Source of the DNA: Turneriella sp.
Lineage (GTDB): Bacteria > Spirochaetota > Leptospiria > Turneriellales > Turneriellaceae
NCBI GenBank assembly: GCA_965279515.1
Contig: CBDIID010000003.1
Location: forward strand, 1,248,001-1,312,000
Length of the DNA: 64,000 nt
Direction: 5' to 3'
A program made the position numbers and the translations under genes. Positions 42,100 through 50,306 of the stretch are shown in pieces. The notes beneath the pieces are model-generated. The model had not been told where the DNA came from. It searched no databases and worked only from the letters and a program-made list of their open reading frames with translations. The number at the start of each line of letters is the position of its first letter. Position 1 is the stretch's first letter.

Positions 42100-42783
42100 T
42101 TACTTCGGAATCATAATGCGGTTCGACTCACGCACCTTCTCCGCCATCTCTTTCAGACGCTTGTCATTCGTCGCCATAATCTTCTGGTAGCGGGTTTCGA
42201 AGCCAGGCCGCAGGGGACTTTGAAGCATGGTATCGAAGACGTCGATGATGATTTCAATTTCAATATCTTCTATCCGGTTTTTCTGTGCCTCGACGAGGGT
42301 CTTGCGCGCTATCGGCAGTTGGGTCTCGCGCGGCCGCAGCTGCAGGCACGCCATCTGAAAAAAGAAATTCAGGTCGCCGTAGGTGCGCAGCCCTGCGAGC
42401 ACATACTTTGCATACTCCTTGTCGTTTTGTTCCCTCTGCGCGAGGTCGGCGAGGAGCATCAGTGTAAACTGGTGTTCTTTGTTGATATTATAGCTCTCGA
42501 CAAGTTCTTTCTTTGCCTCTTTGTTGAAGCCCACGATCTGGTAATACATCGCTGCTGAGGCGAGTAAAATCTGGTGTTTTTTGAATCTCTTCTTAATACC
42601 CGGATATTTGCCGAGCGCCGTCATGTAATCCTGTTGTCCGCCGAGTTGCAGGTATTCATGGAATTCTTTATCGGCCCAGAGGGTTGTATCACGCTCCATT
42701 TCGCGCAGGATGTAGTTGTCCTGGCTGAAGAGCGGGCTTGCAAGGAATAGGAAAGCCACTACCGGGAAAACTGCCTTACCCAT
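42100..42783 (-). CDS. hypothetical exported protein
   Basis: Signal peptide MGKAVFPVVAFLFLASPLFS; start reassigned to ATG 42783. Confidence 0.6.
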   Translation of the reverse strand: MGKAVFPVVAFLFLASPLFSQDNYILREMERDTTLWADKEFHEYLQLGGQQDYMTALGKYPGIKKRFKKHQILLASAAMYYQIVGFNKEAKKELVESYNINKEHQFTLMLLADLAQREQNDKEYAKYVLAGLRTYGDLNFFFQMACLQLRPRETQLPIARKTLVEAQKNRIEDIEIEIIIDVFDTMLQSPLRPGFETRYQKIMATNDKRLKEMAEKVRESNRIMIPK

Positions 42784-43000
42784 TTTAATATCCACTTCAG
42801 ATTTAAGGCTTTGTCGTTTATTCAAATTGTAAAACCAATTCTATGTTGCGATAGACCCGCTGGAGAGCAAGGCACGCGCCGGCTGCAGGCGTATGCGAAA
42901 GACCACGGCGGCCTGGCCGGCGTTTTGACTTTGCTGCGAACCGGCCAGACGATTCCAGAGGGGTTCTAACCGCCTGCGGTCTGCCTCTGTCGTGGCGCAA

Positions 43001-43333
43001 TCAAGGCTTGTTGAAAAGAAGTCTCTTCAGAATGATTCCTTCCAGGTCCCTGCGGCCATCAAAAATGGCGAGGATATATACTTTCTGCTGTTCCACTCTG
43101 TAGATGATTCTCCACGGATTCTCAAATATTTCCCGGAAGAGCGAAATATTTAAGCTTTCTAATTCAGGTACTGGCCGACCCATGCCGGAAAAGGTGGCCA
43201 AAGAATTAACTTTGACCATTATCTTTTCATAAATTTTGGCGACGTTCTCTGGATTGCCTTGCGCGATATATTCCAGTATGCCATCTAAATCCATGTAAGC
43301 GTACTCTGCCCAAATGACCTCGTTGTTGGCCAT
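43001..43333 (-). CDS. RelE/ParE-family toxin
   Basis: VIW...A..DL..I..YIA; GR.VPEL; PWRIIYRV...VYILAIFDGRRDL. Confidence 0.88.
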   Translation of the reverse strand: MANNEVIWAEYAYMDLDGILEYIAQGNPENVAKIYEKIMVKVNSLATFSGMGRPVPELESLNISLFREIFENPWRIIYRVEQQKVYILAIFDGRRDLEGIILKRLLFNKP

Positions 43334-43341
43334 GGAACCGG

Positions 43342-43623
43342 TTATTTCAGGCCGTATTTTTTCTTCAATCGGCTTTCGACGGCAGATTGTGAAAGCGTTT
43401 TGCCGTCCCGTATATTCTGTTCACTCATGGAAAGCAGTTTCAGAATATTGATCGCGTTCTTCATTTCCTCAAAGGTACCGGGATCCAGGACCACAGCTTT
43501 GGCTTCCCCATTCTGTGTTACGTAGAATGGGCGGTGCGTCTTATTTATTTGATTGAGGACCTCGGCAGCATGTGCCTTGAAGTAGGATATCGGCTTAATA
43601 TCTTCCTGCGCTTTCATGACCAT
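43342..43623 (-). CDS. Phd/YefM-family antitoxin
   Basis: DIKPISYFKAHAAEVL...PFYVTQNGEAKAVV; directly upstream of the toxin; start 43623 or 43617. Confidence 0.88.
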   Translation of the reverse strand: MVMKAQEDIKPISYFKAHAAEVLNQINKTHRPFYVTQNGEAKAVVLDPGTFEEMKNAINILKLLSMSEQNIRDGKTLSQSAVESRLKKKYGLK

Positions 43624-43751
43624 ATGACGTATTGAATTCAGTCCTGGCGTCAAGTGGATTCGATCATGGTCGGTTTCGGGAAAAAAGAAACCGTGATGCC
43701 ACAGCGCGTTGTGTTGCGGCAGCTGAGGGCGAAGGCGGTGATCGCCAATAC

Positions 43752-43919
43752 TTAGCTTTGGTTCGTCAGAATATCCTGAATCGCCCACCGATCGCCCAGA
43801 AAGAACAGCACAAAGGAAAATAAACCCAACACGGATTTAATCAAAAACCGCAAAATCGCGACGAGGATATTCAACCGCCTGCCCTCCAGAGTCACAACCC
43901 GAAAGCCTCGCCGCTTTGC
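43752..43919 (-). pseudogene. RDD-family gene 3' remnant (copy 1)
   Basis: Manual translation AKRRGFRVVTLEGRRLNILVAILRFLIKSVLGLFSFVLFFLGDRWAIQDILTNQS* resembles the C-terminal half of RDD proteins. Confidence 0.6.
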
Positions 43920-44037
43920 CCGCGCCAGCTTCGCCGCAAGCCAAATGTGCCACAGCGCCGCCCCGGCCGGGCAAAACCCAGATCCTGCTCGGCCGGACGC
44001 GGGATACCGCTGTATGTTTCTTGAAGTTCCCGATGTC

Positions 44038-44301
44038 CTAGGCTCGCCGATAGCGTTCCACGTATCTATCCACTAAGCTGTTTATCATCTTTTGGTATGG
44101 CACCCCGTATTTTCGACTCCGGAGCTTAAAGAATTCCACACTATCCTTGCTGAGATTCATAGTAACTTTTACTGTTTTCTTCTTGAAAACCAAGTCTTCA
44201 GGCTTAGGTAAGAAATCTTCAACGATCTCCGACGCATTGATTGCATCCGCGATATCCTTTGGAGCGCTCTTATATTTAGCTTTTCCTGTTGTATTTCTCA
44301 T
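44038..44301 (-). CDS. BrnA/CopG-like antitoxin
   Basis: DFLPKPEDL, VKVTMNLSKDSVEFFK, GVPYQKMINSLVD.Y; overlaps the brnT-like gene. Confidence 0.8.
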   Translation of the reverse strand: MRNTTGKAKYKSAPKDIADAINASEIVEDFLPKPEDLVFKKKTVKVTMNLSKDSVEFFKLRSRKYGVPYQKMINSLVDRYVERYRRA

Positions 44302-44476
44302 TGCCTTCCCTCCAGTATCCTGCACCAAATATTCTGATTTTCCCGCCTCTAAATATAAATCTCACTGTGACAACCTTACCCGACATTTTTCCGTAGCAAA
44401 AGTACCGTTTCTCAGCCTTCGTACTGTGCTTATCGGCGTTGGATTCACTCTTCGCATCATCCCATTCGAACTCCAT
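44276..44476 (-). pseudogene. BrnT-family toxin with an apparent in-frame internal deletion
   Basis: MEFEWDDAK...N..KH joined directly to ST..EKRYFCYG...TVRF..R...IRIFGAGYWR; only 66 aa; the usual G(I/V)xF..A segment is absent. Confidence 0.7.
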
Positions 44477-44732
44477 ATCCGGATATGGATAAATATATGT
44501 ATCATGCGGATGCGCGTCAATTAAAAATCATAGCCGGGATTGCCTTGGGGATTTCCCCCAACGCGCCGGCTTCGCCGCAAGCCAGACTGTGTCTGCAGCG
44601 AGCGCCGCGCGTAAATATTTTCAGTCGTTGTAGTGGCCTGGCTCAGTTAATGCCACCGAGGTAGACGGGTACAGACAGCCCTTGGGCCATAGCCATGAAT
44701 ACCGGAATAGGTTGCTTCGGATATAATGGGTG

Positions 44733-45224
44733 TTAGAATAGGTAGCCGATAGTTAAACCGCCGAAGGGCACGAAGCCATTCACACAACTGGGATCATTGG
44801 TTCCGAGAGTGCCGCAGGGAAACATCAGCGGCGTAAAAGCGATCTGTAAAAAAATACTCTCACCGAGTATCCATCGGTAGCCAAGATTTGCCGCGAAAAA
44901 GGCTTTTGCCTTCCAGCCCTGCAATGTAGATTCAAAATAGGGAACTACGCCAATGCCTGTAATAAGCTGATGCGTGGTATTGCCGAAACGCAGATTGTAG
45001 AGAATCGGGAAACCCAGGGCCGAGTGTAGAAAGAAACCTACGCGAAGAAAGGAATATCTATTGAATGAATTCTCATAATTGACGGAGTAGAAGATGCCGG
45101 GCCCTAAGCCTTCGAGGGTTAGCGCATTTCGGCTCATCGAAGAGTCAGTACTATCGGATATTAACGGCGAGGCGAGACCGAATATGACTATCACCATAAG
45201 TGCTAACCTGTGTAAGCGCTTCAT
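44733..45224 (-). CDS. small exported beta-barrel-like protein
   Basis: Signal peptide; YSVNYE, NLGYRW; ends GLTIGYLF; start reassigned to ATG 45224. Confidence 0.6.
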   Translation of the reverse strand: MKRLHRLALMVIVIFGLASPLISDSTDSSMSRNALTLEGLGPGIFYSVNYENSFNRYSFLRVGFFLHSALGFPILYNLRFGNTTHQLITGIGVVPYFESTLQGWKAKAFFAANLGYRWILGESIFLQIAFTPLMFPCGTLGTNDPSCVNGFVPFGGLTIGYLF

Positions 45225-45297
45225 AGGATTCCGTAGTCTTGTTTTTGCATGGCGACCAGCGTGGAATTTACCTAATATTCGCCCTATCGGGAGTCGC

Positions 45298-45390
45298 TCA
45301 CCGATAAACAACCTTCGTTCGCGTCAGTATATCCTGAATCGCCCGCCGATCCCCCAGAAAGAACAGAACGATGAGTCCCGCTACAAACAT
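45298..45390 (-). pseudogene. RDD-family gene 3' remnant (copy 2)
   Basis: MFVAGLIVLFFLGDRRAIQDILTRTKVVYR* matches the RDD C-terminal R.xxD...T.VV pattern; 42/45 nt identical to copy 1. Confidence 0.6.
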
Positions 45391-45438
45391 GGCAGAACCG
45401 TAAAGTTTGTTGCCAATTTTTTTATCTTTCCCCCCCTC

Positions 45439-45981
45439 TCAAAACAGTATACCAATACCTAGTCCGCCGGCAATGGTTGTGGTATAGCCCTCGCCGAAAC
45501 TGCTGCCGTAATATCCAAAACCCAAATCGCCATGGAGACTGAAGCGCGAAGCGATGACCAGCTCGAAGCCCAGGGTTGCGCCGGCGTGAACGCTTTTTTC
45601 TTTATAACCATTCGAATAATCTTCCACCCAATAGCTAAGGGCCGGCGCGATGTAGGTGCGCACATAGGTATTCGCGCCTGTCACCATCTGGAAAACATTA
45701 AATTGCACATCGGTACCGAAGTTGTAAAATACACTGCTGTAGTATGCATTCTTCGAAGGAAACGCCATGCCTGCCACGCGCCAGTGCAATAGATCGCCGA
45801 AAGCATATTTGTAATTGAGACCCATGCCGGCGATGCTCGATGCCTGGACGCCGATGACGTGGGGGCGTGATTTGTAGGGATTAACGCCTTCGGTGGTTGT
45901 TTCTGCGGCGAAGCTTGTGCTCGCTGAGAGAAACAAGGTGAAGGCAAGTAGTCTGAGCAGATTGTTTTTTTGAATTTTCAT
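45439..45981 (-). CDS. small outer-membrane beta-barrel-like protein
   Basis: Signal peptide ending SFA; amphipathic strands; ends GGLGIGILF; start reassigned to ATG 45981. Confidence 0.65.
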   Translation of the reverse strand: MKIQKNNLLRLLAFTLFLSASTSFAAETTTEGVNPYKSRPHVIGVQASSIAGMGLNYKYAFGDLLHWRVAGMAFPSKNAYYSSVFYNFGTDVQFNVFQMVTGANTYVRTYIAPALSYWVEDYSNGYKEKSVHAGATLGFELVIASRFSLHGDLGFGYYGSSFGEGYTTTIAGGLGIGILF

Positions 45982-46081
45982 GGGTTGTCTCCAGTTAGTA
46001 AATTGTAGAAAGTAAGATTGATGGTTGAGCTGGGGCATGGGGTTGCAGCATAATCGGCGTCATAGCTATTCCTGCTTGGAT

Positions 46082-46660
46082 TCAAGGCAGGTAATAGGAA
46101 ACCACAATGCGAATCTCCGTGTAGCTTCTTAATACTTTGTGGTTGCCATTGATGACGTTCGGCAGGTTAGAATTAATCTCCGCCTGAATCGCGACAAGCC
46201 AGTTCTGTGAAATCTGGTATTTCAGTTCCGGCGTCAACCCAGCGAACTGATACCACGGCGAAGAATTCGAAGAAGCGCCGGAGGAAGCAGCGTAGCCGTG
46301 GCGATAATAGCCAAATGCAGACACATACCACCTGCCCGCAATCGGTAGAGTATAGCCGATGCCGATTTCCGGGGCGATGCGGTATAAATTGGGCATTTGC
46401 TGGCGCTGATCGAGATCCATTCCCAGCTGTAGGCCTGCCCGCCCGAAGATCCGGTCGAAGAAGTAATAGTTCATGGCGGGCAGCAGGTTCATGGAGAAGC
46501 TCTCGAAATTTGAAAGGGCCAGGTTAGAAAATCCTAAGGAAAGTTCGGTGCCAGCTTTTTTTGCGTAGGTAGGTTGAGCCTCTTCTGCTGACAGCAAGCC
46601 GTTGCTGAAGAGTAAGCTTGCTACCAGAAGCCACTTTGTGATTTTTTTATTTTTATTCAT
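46082..46660 (-). CDS. small outer-membrane beta-barrel-like protein
   Basis: Signal peptide; MNYYFFD, IGIGYTL, LKYQIS, VVSYYLP; GAGGA RBS. Confidence 0.65.
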   Translation of the reverse strand: MNKNKKITKWLLVASLLFSNGLLSAEEAQPTYAKKAGTELSLGFSNLALSNFESFSMNLLPAMNYYFFDRIFGRAGLQLGMDLDQRQQMPNLYRIAPEIGIGYTLPIAGRWYVSAFGYYRHGYAASSGASSNSSPWYQFAGLTPELKYQISQNWLVAIQAEINSNLPNVINGNHKVLRSYTEIRIVVSYYLP

Positions 46661-46736
46661 TCTTTCCTCGTTTAATCATGTTTGGCAGTGAATTTACAAC
46701 ACTTACAATAACGCAGAGCTAATATTTTTTGATAAT

Positions 46737-47519
46737 CTATTCCTCAAGAATCACAGCCCTCTGGCTTTCCCAGACACCGTCCGCCGAACCCAGATAAATA
46801 TTCTTAGCATAATAAAAATACCACGGCTCTATCGCAAATTCGAAAACCTCAGCGAACTCCTTATCATTTAAGCCACTAAATTGCCCGCAAAATGGCACGA
46901 GTATATATAACGGCATAGATTTCGCCGCGAAACCATTTTTGAAAGCTAATAATTGCTGATCCCTAATTTCAGTGATGATCTTTTCATCTTCAGTATGTAT
47001 ACCCGGCTGAACGACTTTATTTAGAAACCTGTGTCTGGTTAAAATCCGGTTGCTTGAAAAGACCAACGGCGCATATTCTGCCAAACGCAGCCGCGCATAG
47101 AGTTGATTGCATTGAAGCAATCTGCTCTTCGATAGTTCTATTGCGAATGGATTCTGCTGGTAAAAACAGATATCAAAATACCTTTTCTGTCCCTCAATGA
47201 CCTTCTGATATAAATCCGATTCAAAGTACAAGCGCAATCTGGGCAGGTACTCCGCTGGGTATTCCGTTTGAAATCGCCGGACAATGCCATTGCGAATACC
47301 GTCTGCAGCATATCCCTTGGATAAGCCAGCCGCGATTTGCGTTGTTGATATGATGTTGTCGGTATAGTTGCTGTGTAAGCGAAGCTCAATTGCCGCGCTG
47401 CACCGGGCTAGTCGAATATACGGAAATTCTTCCAGGCCCATTTCGAATATTGGTACATCTGTTGCGGCTACGGCTGATGTGAAAATGCAAATTAGTATGA
47501 TTTTTTTAATTAGCGTCAT
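46737..47519 (-). CDS. hypothetical exported protein
   Basis: 260 aa ORF with signal-like N-terminus. Confidence 0.55.
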   Translation of the reverse strand: MTLIKKIILICIFTSAVAATDVPIFEMGLEEFPYIRLARCSAAIELRLHSNYTDNIISTTQIAAGLSKGYAADGIRNGIVRRFQTEYPAEYLPRLRLYFESDLYQKVIEGQKRYFDICFYQQNPFAIELSKSRLLQCNQLYARLRLAEYAPLVFSSNRILTRHRFLNKVVQPGIHTEDEKIITEIRDQQLLAFKNGFAAKSMPLYILVPFCGQFSGLNDKEFAEVFEFAIEPWYFYYAKNIYLGSADGVWESQRAVILEE

Positions 47520-47907
47520 TGCTAATCCTTAAGTAAGCCAATGTGAATTTTGTCGAGTTGGGGCGTGGGTTGCGGCCACCGAGGCCGAGCACCAGGTCGA
47601 GGATACGCAAGAGTGCCGGGTTTTCGAGCTGGTTGCCCAGTGTTGCGGCAAGGAGGATGATGATGGGGATCATGAGGCCTAGGTAGAGAAGGATGTATAG
47701 GATGACTACGGTTAGAACTCGCATCGAAACTCCGTACGGCCGATTGTATTTTGCATGACATTCGCCTGACATTTGACCGTGATACCGGGTCCGTTGCGTA
47801 AATTCAAACGGGGCGCGTTGTGATTTCATTGAATTCGAATTTGGGCTCGGCGGGGGTGATGTTGGTTTCCGCCTGCTCGGCTTGCTTGGCTCATCGGCTG
47901 ATTAGCC

Positions 47908-49428
47908 CTACCTTAAGTAGATATCAAAAATCGGTACATCAACGGCTAAATAAAGGCTGAAATAAACTTCGCGCGGGGCACCATTTTTCTGCAAATATTC
48001 GACACCAGCGGCTAAAGATACGGGTAAATTAGGTATGCCAAAAACGGCAAATGCTCCCGGAGCCACTGTATTTGCCCAAGTAATTGCCTCGGCCCTGTTT
48101 GCAGCATCCATCAAAGGATAACCCAGGTTAAAAGCTGATAGGAAAACCCCAATCGAACCACCCCAAATACTGCCCTTGGAGAACTCAAGCCCCACAGGCA
48201 TAGAGATACGAACATAGTTGCCACCAGATAAATATCCTAAACCAGCATAACCGTTCAGAAAAATCCCGAACGAGCCTTTTCGTTTCTGGCGATAACTGCC
48301 CACGGGAAGTGCCGCTTTTTCCAAAACCGCCTCAAATTCCTCAAAATTCTTGGCCATTGCGAAGTTAGCCAGTAAAATAAAACTAGTATATAAATCTGCG
48401 TCACCAGAATTTTCCTCATCCGGCATTCTTAACAAAGCCCAATCATACTGCACAATAGCCAGAATATCAGGTCTACGTCGCTTTAGTTCTTTATGAATCA
48501 GACGCACCAATTCTTCTGCTTCGTTTCGCTTTTGGCCGCACCATGTTACGCTCACACAATACTTTTCCATACTAACGGGGGAATCAACATGATTATCCGA
48601 CTCAAACAACAAGAATTTCTCTAATGCTTCGTGCACATGATCAACAAAGTTTTCAATCTTCAATGCGACCGCAAAATATTTTTCATTCTTAAGCTCCTGC
48701 GAACTAAGAGCAGCCTTTAGCAAACGGCCCTTAAGCTCCGCGAGCAAGGCATCAGTTTGCGCCTGCAAATCAGTCTCAAGCTGCTTTAAGTCACTCGAAT
48801 TGAGAATCTGAGGCAGCGTTCTTTTTTTGTTTCCAATTCGATTCTGCAATGTCGCTAAAAATAGATCAAATATTATTGTGTTTTCTTTCCCGCTCAGTAT
48901 CGATCGATCGTCCATATGGCTAAGATCCTGCAATAATGTTCTTACATCATACTTGGCGAGACCAATCTTCGAATTTTTGCAACTAGCTTCGCTCTGGTTT
49001 ATATAACAACCGATTGAAGTCAGCCTATCTTCAACTTGCTTTCTAAGCGATTCGCTTAATTTTGTCGGGATTGATTTTGTCTTACGGACGGGACATATAG
49101 CTTCAAGGCCCAGAAGCTCTTTCGACTGAGCTTTGTCCTTAAGAATTTTGCAATGCAGATCCTTGAAATCTGAAATAGCGGAAGCCCGAAGGCGATTTGT
49201 TAAGCCAAAGCGATTCACAACGTCCATCGCCAGCAAGGTCTCGTGAGCTTGCGGAAAATATTTCTCCATAGTACCATCACTTCGCAATCTATACAAAAAA
49301 GCGATCTTGATTTCTTCCTGGGCTCTCTTTTCAAGAAAACTCTGCAGTCCCGCAGCTGAATTACCAAAGGCTTGATTATTTAAAGAGAAAAAGAAGCACG
49401 CAATCCATAAAATCTGAAGGTATTTCAT
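47908..49428 (-). CDS. hypothetical exported protein, helical N-terminal part and beta-strand-rich C-terminus
   Basis: Signal peptide MKYLQILWIACFFFSLNNQAFG; ATGA overlap with the upstream ORF; C-terminus ...LAVDVPIFDIYLR. Confidence 0.65.
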   Translation of the reverse strand: MKYLQILWIACFFFSLNNQAFGNSAAGLQSFLEKRAQEEIKIAFLYRLRSDGTMEKYFPQAHETLLAMDVVNRFGLTNRLRASAISDFKDLHCKILKDKAQSKELLGLEAICPVRKTKSIPTKLSESLRKQVEDRLTSIGCYINQSEASCKNSKIGLAKYDVRTLLQDLSHMDDRSILSGKENTIIFDLFLATLQNRIGNKKRTLPQILNSSDLKQLETDLQAQTDALLAELKGRLLKAALSSQELKNEKYFAVALKIENFVDHVHEALEKFLLFESDNHVDSPVSMEKYCVSVTWCGQKRNEAEELVRLIHKELKRRRPDILAIVQYDWALLRMPDEENSGDADLYTSFILLANFAMAKNFEEFEAVLEKAALPVGSYRQKRKGSFGIFLNGYAGLGYLSGGNYVRISMPVGLEFSKGSIWGGSIGVFLSAFNLGYPLMDAANRAEAITWANTVAPGAFAVFGIPNLPVSLAAGVEYLQKNGAPREVYFSLYLAVDVPIFDIYLR

Positions 49429-49745
49429 TTGACGCCAGTCTCCCATGATTTCTTGAAAGTTGTAACGCAAGCACTCACGGCAAGAATTCTCTGATTCTCA
49501 TTCAAATTTTCAATTTTCAGTACGTTTGCAACACAACGATTATCTATCACAAAGAACCCTCGAAGGTGTATTCCATTAGTCGCCGAAGAAAAGCCAGAAA
49601 CTGAAAATCCCAAATCTATAGGTAAAGGCATTAACTTTGACTCCTTATTCGCCTGAATCACATTGAGGGCTATCATACAAAGCACAACCAATGCTCCAGC
49701 TTTCATTAACGTATCGACCCAGAATTCCCATCCGTTTTTTTGCAT
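49425..49745 (-). CDS. small membrane-anchored hypothetical protein
   Basis: One TM segment (AGALVVLCMIALNVI); translationally coupled to the downstream ORF. Confidence 0.5.
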   Translation of the reverse strand: MQKNGWEFWVDTLMKAGALVVLCMIALNVIQANKESKLMPLPIDLGFSVSGFSSATNGIHLRGFFVIDNRCVANVLKIENLNENQRILAVSACVTTFKKSWETGVK

Positions 49746-50306
49746 GTCAAAAATTGACAACCTACACCGAGGGTACACATGCGCTCAAGCATTTTTATTT
49801 AACCTCGTCCCTTGCCACAATCGCCGCTAACCAGCATTGAGTATGATTGGATTACGAGGGCAAACCTAATCTTAACTTCATGTTGACGGGCATGCAAGTG
49901 CAATACTCATGGGGCATTGTACTGGTTCCTTTCGCAGGTTTAGGCCGGTACACGTGGTGATTTGGTAGATTGGGGTTTTGGGCCTTTCGGCGTGGATTGG
50001 GGCTTTTGTCGAGCTGGCTTATGGGGTTGCGGCAGCTGAGAGCCCAGACTTTGAAGATGAGCAAGGCTTTATGCACGAATCCCATTATCAGGCGCCGGAG
50101 TAACTGGCCCCTATGCACCAAGCGCACCTGCCGATGAGCGCAAAATGCTCATTTCTGCGGCGGCCGAAAAAAAGGGACCGATGTCGTAATGTATTAATTT
50201 ATCACCTACTAGATCGCATTTTGCGCCTATTGATTGACGGGATCAGCAACCTGCAACGGGTAGCAACTTTTGGTTGATTTATAGATCGGCAAAGGGAGCG
50301 GTTATC

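Noticed and set aside
47506..47829. 107-aa ORF as an intact gene
   Set aside because: It looks like a chimaera of a hydrophobic gene fragment and the dispersed repeat; treated as a remnant.
49856..49900. c-di-GMP-I riboswitch (GGCAAACC seed)
   Set aside because: The GNRA loop and the downstream GCAAAG and P2 elements are absent.
43700..50050. CRISPR array suggested by recurring ~30-bp motifs
   Set aside because: Copies are degenerate and kilobases apart with genes between them; no cas genes.
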